DNA of 34,154 nucleotides, from NCBI RefSeq assembly GCF_006345805.1, contig NW_021827527.1, positions 1 to 34,154 of the forward strand, in the 5' to 3' direction. Of this stretch, positions 21,640-33,588 are shown one piece after another. This DNA is from Octopus sinensis (taxonomy: Eukaryota). Position numbers and translations under genes: made by a program. Each line of letters starts with the position of its first letter. Positions within the stretch are counted from its first letter, which is position 1. The notes under the pieces are model-generated. The model saw nothing but the letters and a program-made list of their open reading frames with translations, ran no database searches and was not told where the DNA came from.

Positions 21640-21855
21640 ATTCCTTTCTACTATGGGTACAAGGCCTGAAATTTAAGGAGAACGGGCTAGTCGATTGTAT
21701 TGACCCCAGTATTCAGTTGGTATTTATTTTATCATCTCTGGAATGATGTAAATCAAACGCAATCTCGGCGGAACTTGAACCCGGAACGTAAAGACAAATG
21801 AAATGCCGCAAGCATTTCACCCGGCGTGCTAACGATTCTGCCAGTTCATCGCCTT
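21640..21855 (-). mobile_element. SINE family D, full length, diverged
   Basis: CTCGGCGGAACTTGAAC..CATTTCACCCGGCGTGCTAACGATTCTGCCAG..GCCTT. Confidence 0.75.
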
Positions 21856-22364
21856 GCTTTCTTTGAAATAATGGTCTCACATTTTGGCACAAAAGGCGTT
21901 CGTAATATTTTCTCTCGTTTGGCTTAACAGCTCCAATGTGTGTGTTACTGTTATTCTCCTTGTCCTGTCTTTTATTGTTTATATTTTGTACTGCCCTGTT
22001 TTTGTTACCGTTTTTACCCCTCCGCAAAAAAATTTTAAATTTTATTTAATTTGCCTTTTGCGGGAAGGAATGTTTCAATGAAGTCGTGTCTCGCCTTTAC
22101 CTTCGAAACGCGGAGTAGATGAAACAGAGGCGACTGAAGAAGGGAAATTTTCCTTGTGTTGTATGTCCTGTACTCTATTTTTTCGTTGTTTAAGAAAAAT
22201 GTCCATTTCCTTGGTTTTATGTTTATGTTTTCGTTTCTCATTGTATTCGACGTTTTTCTCGTGTCCTGTACCCATATATGCACGTATATATATATAGATG
22301 TAGGTACGTGCATATATGTATGTATATATGCATATTTTATTTATTATTTGTAATTATATATATA

Positions 22365-22413
<49 letters not shown>

Positions 22414-22433
22414 ATATATATATAATATATATA

Positions 22434-22595
22434 GGCGCAGGAGTGGCTGTGTGGTAAGTAGATTGCTACCAACCACATGATTCCAGGTTCATTCCCACTG
22501 CGCGGCACCTTGGGCAAGTGTCTTCTACTACAGCCACTGGCCGACCAAAGCCTTGTGAGTGGATTTGGTAGACGGAAACTGAAAGAAGCCCGTCC
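22434..22595 (+). mobile_element. SINE family A head module
   Basis: GGCGCAGGAGTGGCTGTGTGG..GAAAGAAGCCCGTC. Confidence 0.9.
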
Positions 22596-22625
22596 TATAT
22601 ATGCGCATATATGTATGTATGTATG

Positions 22626-22785
22626 TATACGACGAGTTTCTTTCGGTTTTCTTCTACAAAACCACTCACAAGTCTTTGGTTGGTTCGAGGCTACAGTAGA
22701 AGACATTTGCCCAAGATGCCAAGCAGTGGGACTGAACCCAGATATATGAGGTAGGGAAGCAAACTTCTTACCGCATAGCCACGCT
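22626..22785 (-). mobile_element. SINE family A head module, inverted, diverged
   Basis: TATACGACGAGTTTCTTTCGG..CAGTGGGACTGAACCC..CATAGCCAC. Confidence 0.8.
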
Positions 22786-22859
22786 TACGACTTGTATATA
22801 CCACACATACACACACAACACACACATGTATGTATATGAAATACTTCTCTATGTCTATC

Positions 22860-22884
22860 CATCATTCATCAGTCTTCTTATCTA

Positions 22885-22917
<33 letters not shown>

Positions 22918-23135
22918 CTTTCTGTCCGTCCGTCTGTCTGTCTGTCTGTCTATTTATTCATCTATCTATCTGTCTGTCTGTCTATCTATCTGTCCATCTA
23001 TCCATCTATCTATCTATCTATCTATCTATCTGTCTATCTGTCTATCCGTCTGTCCGTCTGTCTGTCAGTCTGTCTGTCTATCCATCTATCCATCTATCTA
23101 TCTATCTTTCTATCTATCCATCCATCCATCCATCC

Positions 23136-23189
<54 letters not shown>

Positions 23190-23190
23190 T
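22860..23190. repeat. (TCTA)n/(TCTG)n/(TCCA)n compound microsatellite
   Basis: Direct inspection. Confidence 0.95.
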
Positions 23191-23562
23191 CAGTCAACCG
23201 ACATCTGTTCACCTTTATTTCTGTTATTTAACGTCCAAAGGGCAAAGTGTACTCCCTCTGATATTCTCTAATCATCCCAAACTGACATGTGAAATCATCA
23301 ATTTCTGTATATTATTTAATTACAGTTGTGATTGGTTGTGTGTAGTCGATCACACTGAAGGCAGAGCTGTGCTTAAACGCAGCAACATGTAGTGTGTGTC
23401 TGCGATAGACACACATCAAACATAAGGAATGTACATAAGCCGTATATACACAGTGGACATTAGCATATGTAATGTACTCATCAGGGAACTCTTCATATAA
23501 TTACTGCTGCATATGCCGTAATAAATTGCACGTTTACGCTTGCTAATGATCCACTTCATAGA

Positions 23563-23594
<32 letters not shown>

Positions 23595-23606
23595 AGCATT
23601 TGTCAA

Positions 23607-23661
<55 letters not shown>

Positions 23662-23779
23662 GTACTTGGAATAAAGAATGACTGTAAGAGAATTCCAGGT
23701 GAGCTGATATGAAGATAGTGGAGCAGATAAACATGATTAGACTTCATACATGTAAATATATATGCATACACACATATAT

Positions 23780-24001
23780 ATTTCTTTACTACCCACAAGG
23801 GGCTAAACGTAGAGGGGACAAACAAAGGGATTAAGTCGATTACATCGACCCCAGTGCATAACTGGTAGTTTATCTATCGACCCCGAAAGGATGAAAGGCA
23901 AAGTCGACCTCGGCGGAATTTGAACTCAGAACATAACGACAGACGAAATACCGCTATGCATTTCGCCCGGCGTGGTAACGGTTCTGCCAGCTCGCAGCCT
24001 T
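23780..24001 (-). mobile_element. SINE family D, full length; central domain resembles Meta/MESC SINE core
   Basis: Minus strand AGGCTGCGAGCTGGCAGAA head, GAGTTCAAATTCC B-box, GCCTTTCATCCTTTCGGGGTCGATA core. Meta/MESC assignment is from memory of the domain consensus. Confidence 0.8.
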
Positions 24002-24055
24002 GAGATACACACACACACACACACACACATACACAGACAGATAGAGAGACAGACT

Positions 24056-24160
<105 letters not shown>

Positions 24161-24322
24161 ACAGACAGATAGATCTGAATGCGTTCAAGCATATAGATAT
24201 TTATAAATACCCGTAGATAAATTTAAGCATTAAAAAAATGCCGAGTACTACGAAGAGAATGTATAGTTTTTTAACTAGTCTACTGTTTCTGGAAGCTCGG
24301 AATTGTTAATATCCGGTCGACA

Positions 24323-25078
24323 GAACTTCTCAATCTAAACTGGTTTTCGTTCGTGGAAGAGTTCTACTGACAGGTCTCGTGATTGGCTAAGGGAACGAGA
24401 TTGGGCCTCAACTATGCGAACCTATTTATTCATTGACTATGTTGAGCCCTAAATATTCTCACCGTTTACGGGTTCTACTCATGAGCTATACAATCGGTAC
24501 ATCGATAACTGTATCGGTTCCATTTCACTCTCCAGCAAACAGCAAAACACCTTCCTCTCTATCTTCTACACCTTCCACCTCACCCTTGAATTTCCCTGCT
24601 GTCTCCGACACCTCCGTTGACTTCCTCAGTATTTTCATCTCCCTTATTACTTCTATCTTCTACGCGCAAACGGACTTCCACCCTTACCTCAACTTCAGTT
24701 CCTCTTACCTCACCGACACGAAACTGTCCATCTCTATTTTCATTTCCTTCGTCTCTGTCAACCATGACTTCGTGACACAGTCCAACTCTAGGTTTTCCAC
24801 TTCACCCACCGAAGATAGCACTATGCTGCAATCGAAACCGCCCTCGTCTGTGCTCAGTCAACTGACCACACTTCAGTTCTCTCTACCCATGTCCGTCTAA
24901 AACTTACCCACCTCCGCTTTCTCCTTATCAACCTTCCCTCCACGGTACCATCCGACGTATTATATTACGTGCTTTCTACACACTCCAATCTCTTCCAGCA
25001 ACTTCCCATATTTTCCTAAACACCCACTCCCTTCCTTCAAATGTGCCCGTAACTTACACAACTTACTGGTCTGTAGTA
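24323..25078 (+). pseudogene. Penelope-like element reverse transcriptase relic
   Basis: ELLNLNWFSF..FY*QVS*LAKGTRLGLNYANLF; LYNRYIDNCIG (YIDD changed to YIDN, 24498-24509); SDTSVDFL..FYAQTDFHPYLNFSSSY; FPKHPLPSFK..NLHNLLVCS. Several frameshifts. Confidence 0.85.
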
Positions 25079-25251
25079 AAGTCCCCACTACCGGCACTCA
25101 ATAATGACCCGGAAAATCAATTAGGGTCATTGCCAAAAGACTTCAGGTAACCGTTTGATCCTTTGCAGGCAGTTACTTAACAAGGTTTAAAACCCTCACA
25201 GACATGACATACTTTGGTTGTTCTCTGATGAGGAAAACTTCGACCGACACC

Positions 25252-25426
25252 ATATATATATACGACGGGCTTCTTTCAGTTTCCGTCTACCAAATCCACT
25301 CATAAGGCTTTGGTCGGCCCGAGGCTATAGTAGAAGACACTTGCCCAAGGTGCCACATAGTGGGACTGAACCCGGAACCATGTGGTTGGTAAGCAAGCTA
25401 CTTACCACGCAGCCACTCTCTGCGCC
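25252..25426 (-). mobile_element. SINE family A head module
   Basis: Near-consensus reverse complement ending TGCGCC. Confidence 0.9.
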
Positions 25427-25429
25427 TAT

Positions 25430-26199
25430 GTGCATATATTGTATGCATCTATATACTTATGTGTGAATATATATATGCATGTATATATGTTTATGTGTAT
25501 ATAGGTATATCTGTTATATATATATGTGTGTGTGTGTGTGTGAGTGTAGATATGTATGTATATCTGTTTAAATATATATATATATATATATATAAAATAT
25601 ATATACACATATATATATATGTACATCTGTTTAATATATGCATGTGTGTGTATGTGTACTTATGTGCGTGTACGTACATATATGTTTGTGTATGTGTATA
25701 TATTTACATGTGTGTGTATCTCTATGTGTCTGCGTGTGTGTGTATGCATGCATACACATATATGCATACATACACATATATGCATATGTCTCTACCTGTT
25801 TTCATAAGCTCATATATTTGTGTGTGTATACATACGCATACATACCATATATGTACTCAGAATTGTATATATGTGTGTATGTATGTATATATGTATGTTG
25901 TATGTATGTATATATATATGTGTGTGTGTGTGAGTGTGTGTGTATGTGTTGCATGCTACTGTATGTATATATTTGTGCGCGTTTGCATGTGTGTGTGTAT
26001 TTGCGCGTGCGAATCTATAAATCTATAAACACCTACCGCTTCGTAAACATCCACATTGAACTGCGATAGACGGAAATTGCGACGGAAACTTAATTTATAT
26101 TTATTATTTATTCAGCTATTTTTCTTAACGCATGGTTGGACATACGTACATACATACGCACACACACAGGCACTCATACACGCACGCACACACACACAC

Positions 26200-26244
<45 letters not shown>

Positions 26245-26470
26245 ATATATATGCATACAAACATACGTACATATATGCATGCATACATCACATATATACA
26301 TATAGACATGCATATATACATACATATATGCATACATACAAACAAACATACATACATACATACATACATACATACATTCATTCATACTGAAATACATACA
26401 TATATAAGTGTATGTATATATATGTGCGTGTGTATGTGTGTGTGTGTGTGTATTCATATGTGTTTGTGAG
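25430..26470. repeat. TA/TG/CA compound low-complexity region
   Basis: Direct inspection. Confidence 0.9.
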
Positions 26471-26757
26471 TGTTCTTTTAATTACTTTATTTGGAGCGCG
26501 GCCATGTTGGGCAATGCCTCAAACGGTTTTCATTCGATCGCAAACACCACAGTAATAAGGTTTTCCTTTTTTAAGTCTGGTGCTTATTTCATCGATCTTT
26601 TAGTCGAACAGCTAGGTTAAGAAACACGAACAGATACCACCATTTTTGAAACGGTTCACGTAATGGCAGACATCGATACAGACACATAAACAAACACACA
26701 CACACACATTGACACACTGACAAATACTAATATACACACACTTATACACATATACAT

Positions 26758-27204
26758 GAGAAAGTAAGGAGGGATGTCAGGAAGGGCATTGCTGTTACAC
26801 TTCCAGAAGGGAAGGGTCTTCCTTTGATTCTGACATGCAATGTCTGTGTAAGACCCTGCCTCAGTAAAGCTGGACTCATGAGTCATCTTCGTAGTCATAA
26901 AACGAGACAGATGAGTGACAACCTGGCCACTGGTGGTGGTGTAACACACCATACTAATCATATCTGTCGGGCATGTGGAAGAGAGTGTAATTCAGCAGGA
27001 GGACTTAAATGACATGCAAAGGTACATGAAGCCCAGTTACAACTACAGCCGGCTATTACCAGTAAATGTTTTAGTTGCCAATTTTGTACAAGACATTGTA
27101 GATCTTTAGTTGGGCTAAAAAGTCACATTCGATCACAGTACCAGTAACAGTTAAGCTTCGTGCAATGGCCATACTCGATAACGAGGGGGCAGCCATAATA
27201 ATAA
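26758..27204 (+). pseudogene. 3' end of an RTE-clade LINE with three C2H2 zinc fingers
   Basis: One frame from 26758: CNVCVRPCLSKAGLMSHLRSH; CRACGRECNSAGGLK*HAKVH; CQFCTRHCRSLVGLKSHIRSQ, stop at 27145-47. Tail GGCCATACTCGATAACGAGGGGGCAGCC(ATA)n. Confidence 0.75.
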
Positions 27205-27574
27205 CATGTATGTGTGAGTGTGTGCATGTGTGTGTATGCGTGTGCTTGTATGTTTGTATGTACATGTGTACGTATATATGCACGTATAGATACAGACAGA
27301 TATAAATATATATATACACGCATAATGGAGGGTGACCCTGTGATTTAGGTCTTCGTGAGGAGCTATGGTGAAACTGAAGCAACTGAGACCGTGGGACTGT
27401 TCTTTGATTGCGCACTTAGTAAGTGCATAGTACTTCATTTCTGTGGGCTGTAAAGAGATGATGGCTTGGCTATCACATGCCACATGAATTCCCGCGTGAT
27501 GGAAAAATTTAGAAAGGATTTAACAGAAATGCTTAAGGGGTTTGATGTAAGCATGACTATTGTGACCCCCTTCG

Positions 27575-28140
27575 GTCATGAATATCTTCATGAGACAGCA
27601 TTCACCCGGGGTGGGTTGAGCTGGCTTCATTCATCCTCAATGCTGCATCTCTCACAAACGCCGACCAGGCCTGGTAATTTGAGGCTAACGACCACGTGAT
27701 CTCCAACCACTCCTTATTCCAGCGGCGAACGTCGTAGACATGGGGGCCTAGGTTGGGTTCCAGATCAGCCTTGATTGTCATCAGCCAGGTTTTTCGTTGT
27801 CCACCACATCACTTTCGCCAACCCTGAAGGGGAGCTGGGGCAATTGCTTCGTAGATGAATTCTCCTGGTTGATGACGGAGAGCATGGCCCAGCCAACGCA
27901 GACGTCTCGTTAGGATGACTTCTCGGAGGGAGGTGATTTTGCACTGGTCTCGCACCGAATTGTTGGAGACATGAATGACCATGGGGTTGCACCTAGAAAG
28001 ATACCTTCCGAGGCACAAGTCTGGGCAAGGTTGTTCATGGAAGACCAGCAGTCGCCCATGCATACCAACCTCTCCTCTCCACGCCACCGATGTTATCCAA
28101 GGGAAAGGCAAAGGCCGATACAGCTTGGCACCAGTGACGT
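27575..28140 (-). pseudogene. 3' end of a second RTE-clade LINE
   Basis: VSNNSVR..ILTRRLRWLGHALR..; after a frameshift, RKTWLMTIKADLEP..W..ASNYQAWSAFVRDA..PG* (stop at 27602-04). Confidence 0.85.
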
Positions 28141-28149
28141 CGCAGCTCA

Positions 28150-28464
28150 TTTATTAACGTGCAAGTGGCGGAGTATTTCACAGATACGTGTACCATATAT
28201 ATATACGACGGGCTTCGACGTAGTTCTCGGGGAGATTCAGCATGACACAGATCCCTTTGAAATACAGGCACAACAGAAACAGGAAGAAAGAGTTAGAGAA
28301 AGCTGTGGTGAAAGAGTACAGCAGGGTTCACCACCACCCCCTGCCGCAGCCTCGTGGAGCTTTAGATGTTTTTGCTCAATAAACACTCACAATGGCCAAG
28401 CTGGGAACAGCGATCCTACGACCGCCAGTCCGCTGCCCAAACCACTGGGCCATTGCGCCTCCAC
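28150..28464 (-). mobile_element. SINE family C with tail type 1
   Basis: Head CCATTGCGCCTCCAC, body GAGTACAGCAGGG, tail CCCTTTGAAATACAGG..GTAGTTCTCGGGGAGATTCAGC. Confidence 0.85.
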
Positions 28465-28879
28465 AAGCATGACAATTAGTACCAACACAACAATGGCAAT
28501 TTCCTTAGCGTAACACTAATCTTAAATACAAACAAGCACTGCTTCTGCAGAAATGCATATGAGAACATAGAAAACACAAAAATTACAGCCACCCACAGTT
28601 TTCATTGGGGAGCTATCAGCTCGAAAAAAAAGTAAAGTCTCTGAGTCAACGTTTCACAGTGATATTCTAGAGAGGCGACGGCCAGTCTAATGTTGCAGCT
28701 GCAGGGAATACTTTTGCAATAAACTAGTAAAGGAAGAAAGCCGCCACAGAAGCACGAAAAGAAAGTCAACCTCGTTAACTCCACCTGTGAATATGATTAT
28801 TTTTATTAATATAGCGACTTACATGCTTGCATACATACATACATAATACATACATACATACATACATACATACATACAT

Positions 28880-28915
<36 letters not shown>

Positions 28916-28941
28916 ATATATATATAATATATATATATATA

Positions 28942-29348
28942 GGCGCAGGAGTGGCTGTGTGGTAAGCAGCTTGCTTACCAACCACATGGTTCCGGGTTCA
29001 GTCCCACTGCGTGGCACCTTGGGCAAGTGTCTTCTACTATAGTCTCGGGCCAACCAAAGCTTTGTGAGTGGATTTGGTAGACGGAAACTGAAAGAAACCC
29101 GTCGTATATATGTATATGTATATATATATGTGTGTGTGTCTGTGTTTGTCCCCCAAAATATCGCTTGACAACCGATGCTGGTGTGTTCATGTCCCCGTAA
29201 ATTAGCGGTTCGGTAAAACAGAACGATTGAATAAGTACTAGGCTTACAAAGAACAAGTCCTGGGGTAGATTTGCTCGACTAAAGGCGGTGCTACAGCATG
29301 GCCACAGTCAAATGACTGAAACAAGTAAAAGAGTAAGAGTAAAAGAGT
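28942..29348 (+). mobile_element. SINE family A, full length, inserted in (TA)n
   Basis: Complete head-linker-tail with (AAAGAGT)n end. Confidence 0.9.
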
Positions 29349-29618
29349 ATATATCTATATATATATACATATATATATATATACATATATAGGTTGTTGT
29401 TCAAACGATGAATAGCTTTCGCGTAAACCAATTGGTTCGTTTTGTTCTCTTTATTATTATTATCATCTTATAATCATCTCATAATAATGATCTCTATGAC
29501 TCGTATTACTACCTCAGTCAATCTAAATGTATATATTTGTCACTACCTGTTATAAATAGCCTTTTTCTATCTGCAATGTGCATTTTCGTTGATTTTTCAT
29601 ATTTTACCCATATATATA

Positions 29619-29662
<44 letters not shown>

Positions 29663-29664
29663 AC

Positions 29665-29825
29665 GTAAAAAGAATACAAACTGGGACAGGAACGCAAAAC
29701 ATTTAGAAGACGATACAAAAAACACGGACGGGACATTCGTAGCCTTCAATCTTCAGTCAAGAACCGGATCATCTTCGCAATTTCGGCTGATTAATCTTGA
29801 ATTATTTTGATTGCTCCGATCTGGC
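29665..29825 (-). mobile_element. Probable Penelope-type terminal repeat fragment
   Basis: Minus strand CTGAAGA..GAATGTC followed by a T-rich tail abutting (TA)n. No valid hammerhead fold. Confidence 0.3.
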
Positions 29826-29879
29826 CAGCCCCCGCACTATCAACCAGACAATCGGATGTTATAAATTGCTGGTTGTAAT

Positions 29880-30028
29880 GCAAGTTTTAGCTTTCGGAAG
29901 ATGCCACCCCATTGGTTAAGGGAGCAGACCAACATACCCCCTGACTGGAAGGTTAACTCGTCGCAGGGTGACGCATTTAAAGCTGAGTGAACTGGAGCAA
30001 CGTGAAATGAAGTGTTTTGCTCAAGAAC

Positions 30029-30032
<4 letters not shown>
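29880..30032 (-). mobile_element. SINE family G (CORE/V-like TTGAGCAAAACACTT box)
   Basis: GAGTGAACTGGAGCAACGTGAAATGAAGTGTTTTGCTCAAGAACA. Confidence 0.65.
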
Positions 30033-30072
<40 letters not shown>

Positions 30073-30149
30073 GGGTGCGTAAGGTATTTGAGGACATACT
30101 TTATTTGGGGTCATTATCTATAGGTAAAAAAAATGGTTGAAAACCACTG
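30073..30149. mobile_element. hAT-like MITE terminus
   Basis: GGTAAAAAAAATGGTTGAAAACCACTG, whose reverse complement is CAGTGGTTTTCAACC. Confidence 0.4.
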
Positions 30150-30383
30150 ATATAGACATTAGATAAGGTGGGCCTGAGGAAAAGTGTGGAGTGGTCACTG
30201 CCGCAATACTTCTCATCTTGAGTTTGCCGCACACCACTGATCGCCCGACCAGCTAGAAATAGTAACCAAATCCTACACGAATCCTTCGATTAAAATATTT
30301 CAGCACCAGTACACGATCTCAGTTTGTTACAAAAATGAGAGTAATGAATATATATATAGTCATACACAAATTACATACACACA

Positions 30384-30419
<36 letters not shown>

Positions 30420-30645
30420 TACATGCATTACATACACATACATATCCACATATATCAATCTTTAAAAGAAATGTGGGATGCTTGTCCGTGTTTCCGTTAT
30501 TTAATGATATCGTTTCCGGTTTGATGAATGGCTGAAAACATACACACATACTTACTAAACTGGATGAAAGAATGGAATATTAAAATAGAATATAAAAATA
30601 CATGGATTCAGATATACGTGCATACGTACGTGTATATATATACAT

Positions 30646-30737
<92 letters not shown>

Positions 30738-30739
30738 TC

Positions 30740-31370
30740 CTCTTATCTCTTATTTTCTTTGTCATCCCCTCTTCCTGTTTTCAAATTGACCAAACTAATA
30801 CACTCCCTATTTCTAGGTCAGTTTAAACACAAACCAAGAATCTGCTCCACTCTATATAAATTCCCTATTGGGAATGACCGACTTTAAGAGAATCTTACAT
30901 TGCTTATAAACTTTACATCTGGATGGACTCGTACTAAACTCTGTTGGACTTTTGGATTTTACTCAAAGGATATTGGAATAATACACATATATATAATTAT
31001 GCCTATTAAACGGATTTATGAACTCAATACCCATACATATCTTGCATCTATTTTCTTTCCTCCACCTCACTCTCTATTTTGTATCACATCTAAACTAACT
31101 ATGACTTAATTTTCCTCTCACACCGTCTCCGATGAAGAGATATTATTATTAATAAATAATCTAGAAACAGCTGTAAGGCCTTCTATCTATACAGCCTTGG
31201 TTTTTTTAATCTCATTACGCAAAAAATTCCTATATACACACGCTGACATAGAACCAACGTTGAACCCTTTATTCGCAATATTACCGAATCTGGAACTTAG
31301 CTATGGTCTGTCTATAGCACTTATTCAGCATTACCTGACACCTTTGCGTCTCAATGATACCATTATCTCT
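30740..31370 (+). mobile_element. Penelope-type 3' region/terminal repeat with decayed hammerhead at 31125-31179
   Basis: GTCT-CCGATGA..GAAAC-AGCT-GTA-AGGC with ACAGCTGT palindrome. Element limits approximate. Confidence 0.5.
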
Positions 31371-31372
31371 TT

Positions 31373-31424
<52 letters not shown>

Positions 31425-31500
31425 GATAAACACACACACATATATATATGAAAAGACATGTATATAAATATATACTATTATACGTTCATATTTCTTTTTT

Positions 31501-31780
31501 ACGACCAGGCTATCAGATGTTGCTACACATCGCTGGTCACAATGCGCTTCACATTGTTTTAGCCTTCAAATGACGCCACCCCGCTGGCTAAGCGAGCAGG
31601 CCAACAGAAGAGAGAGTTAAAGAAAGTTGTGGCGAAAGAGTACAGCAGGGATCTCCACCACTCCCTGTCGGAGCCTCGTGGAGCTTTAAATGTTTTAGCT
31701 CAATAAACACTCACAACGCCCGGTCTGGGAATCGAAACCGCGATTCCGCTATCCTAACCGCCGAGCCATTGCGCCTCCAC
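31501..31780 (-). mobile_element. SINE family C with tail type 2
   Basis: Same head and body as the 28150 copy, but tail CCAGGCTATCAGATGTTGCTACACATCGCTGGTCACAATGCGC..GCCACCCCGCTGGC. Confidence 0.85.
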
Positions 31781-32185
31781 ATTATACATTCATATATGCA
31801 GATATATATCTATCTACATTCATACATACATACACAGATACATACATACATACACACATACATACATACACAGACACACATACATACATACATACATACA
31901 TACATACATACACACATGCATACATACATACATACATACACACATGCATACATGCAAACATACATACATACACATACACACATACGTACGTACATACATA
32001 CATACATACATACATACACACACACATACATACATACATACATACATACACACACACATACATACACACACATACATACACACACACATACATACACACA
32101 CATACATACACACATGCATACACACACACATACAAACATACATACATACATACACACACGCACACAAATACTCACACGCATACAT
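31780..32185. repeat. (CATA)n/(CA)n microsatellite
   Basis: Direct inspection. Confidence 0.95.
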
Positions 32186-32634
32186 AACCGTTAAGGTCGT
32201 AAATCCATTCCCGTCTGTACATATATCCCGGCGTACACACACAAGTCCTTGTATCAAAGAAAATATTTGATACAGAGAAATTGACAGCTTACTGGATATT
32301 AGTTTCTTTTAATACCATTATTTCAATTGCACAGATACACTGAAGTATAACCGAGATAGAGACAGAGAAAAGATTGTATTTGTTAAATCGATAACAAGTG
32401 GGTGAGGATGATAGAAGAAATATTTGTAGGCATCTGTGCGTATGAGTGGTGGAAAGCTATGATAACAAGGTGTGATTTGAGATAGACGTTGCGGTTATTT
32501 CTAACAGCTCGCTCTACCACGTGTCGGTTTTTTTCCCCTTTCAATCATAAAGGCATTATATTTTGAGGATGGCGTTGGAGTGTCCTAGAAGAGGGCGTAT
32601 TGTAGACATTCTTTGGTGTGTCTGTTATCTTTTC

Positions 32635-32992
32635 TCTTATACCTTTTAATTGTTTCAGTCATGAGACTGCGGCCATGCTGGGGCACTGCCCAGAAGAATT
32701 TTCAGTCGAATGAATCAATCCCAGTACTTTCGTTTTTTTTTGTTTTTTTGTTTTTTTTTTCTTAAACGTGGTACTTACTCTATCGGTCTTCGTTTGCCGA
32801 ACTGCCAAGTCACATGGACATAAACTTACCAGCATCAGTTGTCAAGCTGTGGTAGGGGACGAAACAGACCCAAAAACACATGCACGCACTCACACAAACA
32901 TATACACACACACATACGAGCACGTGTACGTGCGAACACACATGCAACAGGCTTCTTTCGGTTTGCGTCTACCAAATCTATTCACTAGGCTT
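32635..32992 (-). mobile_element. SINE family A, 5' truncated, diverged
   Basis: TTGTTTCAGTCATGAGACTGCGGCCATGCTGGGG..GGCTTCTTTCGGTTTGCGTCTACCAAATC. Confidence 0.8.
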
Positions 32993-32993
32993 A

Positions 32994-33125
32994 CGGTCTG
33001 AGTTCAAGTTCTGCCTCGGTCGATTTCGTCTTTTAACCTTTCCGGACCGATAATCACTTGGATCAATGTAATCGATTTCCTCCTTCTTCCAAATCCCAGT
33101 CCTTCTCCCATATTGTTATTAGATA
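32994..33125 (+). mobile_element. SINE family D, degenerate
   Basis: CTGAGTTCAAGTTCTGCCTCGGTCGATTT..AATGTAATCGATTT. Confidence 0.6.
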
Positions 33126-33588
33126 TCGCTTCTGTTAGCAACCAGATGTAGCTAGGGACTCAAGTCACATGTCACTCTTCGGTTAGTTAAGCACTTCCTG
33201 GAGTTAAACAGGCCTTCAGTCATCCCCATATATCTCTTGATAATGGTTTCTTGGCAAGGGTTAATATTTTCAGCCCTTATGATGTATTACAAGATCCGCT
33301 CGCAATCGTTGGTTTTTCTTTACGAACAGTTTTCCCCATGTGTGTTTGTGAGTCTGCAAAGTATATTTTTCACATTAGAAGTGCAACTGTAACAACTTAA
33401 GGATGTGCCTATTAAATAAATCTTGCATTAGTGGTAGAAGACTTGTTGAAAGAAATTCTAGTCAGACTGAGAAGAAAGATCTGAGCAAGATTACGTTACG
33501 CTTTCTTTTCTGTGACGTTGGGCGGGGTTAGACTTTAGTTTACAAGCTACCTTATCTCTAAAACCACTTTTTTTTTATCGCGTTATTG

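Noticed and set aside
23478-23484. Minus-strand CTGATGA followed by an ACATTA/TAATGT stem
   Set aside because: No GAAA or NUH site.
27778-27784. Minus-strand CTGATGA
   Set aside because: Falls in RTE coding sequence (WLMTIK); no hammerhead fold.
29732-29756. Minus-strand CTGAAGA..GAAT-GTC
   Set aside because: GAAA is broken and helices I and III cannot form.
32250-32274. 9-bp hairpin TGTATCAAA/TTTGATACA
   Set aside because: AT-rich and isolated; plausible by chance.
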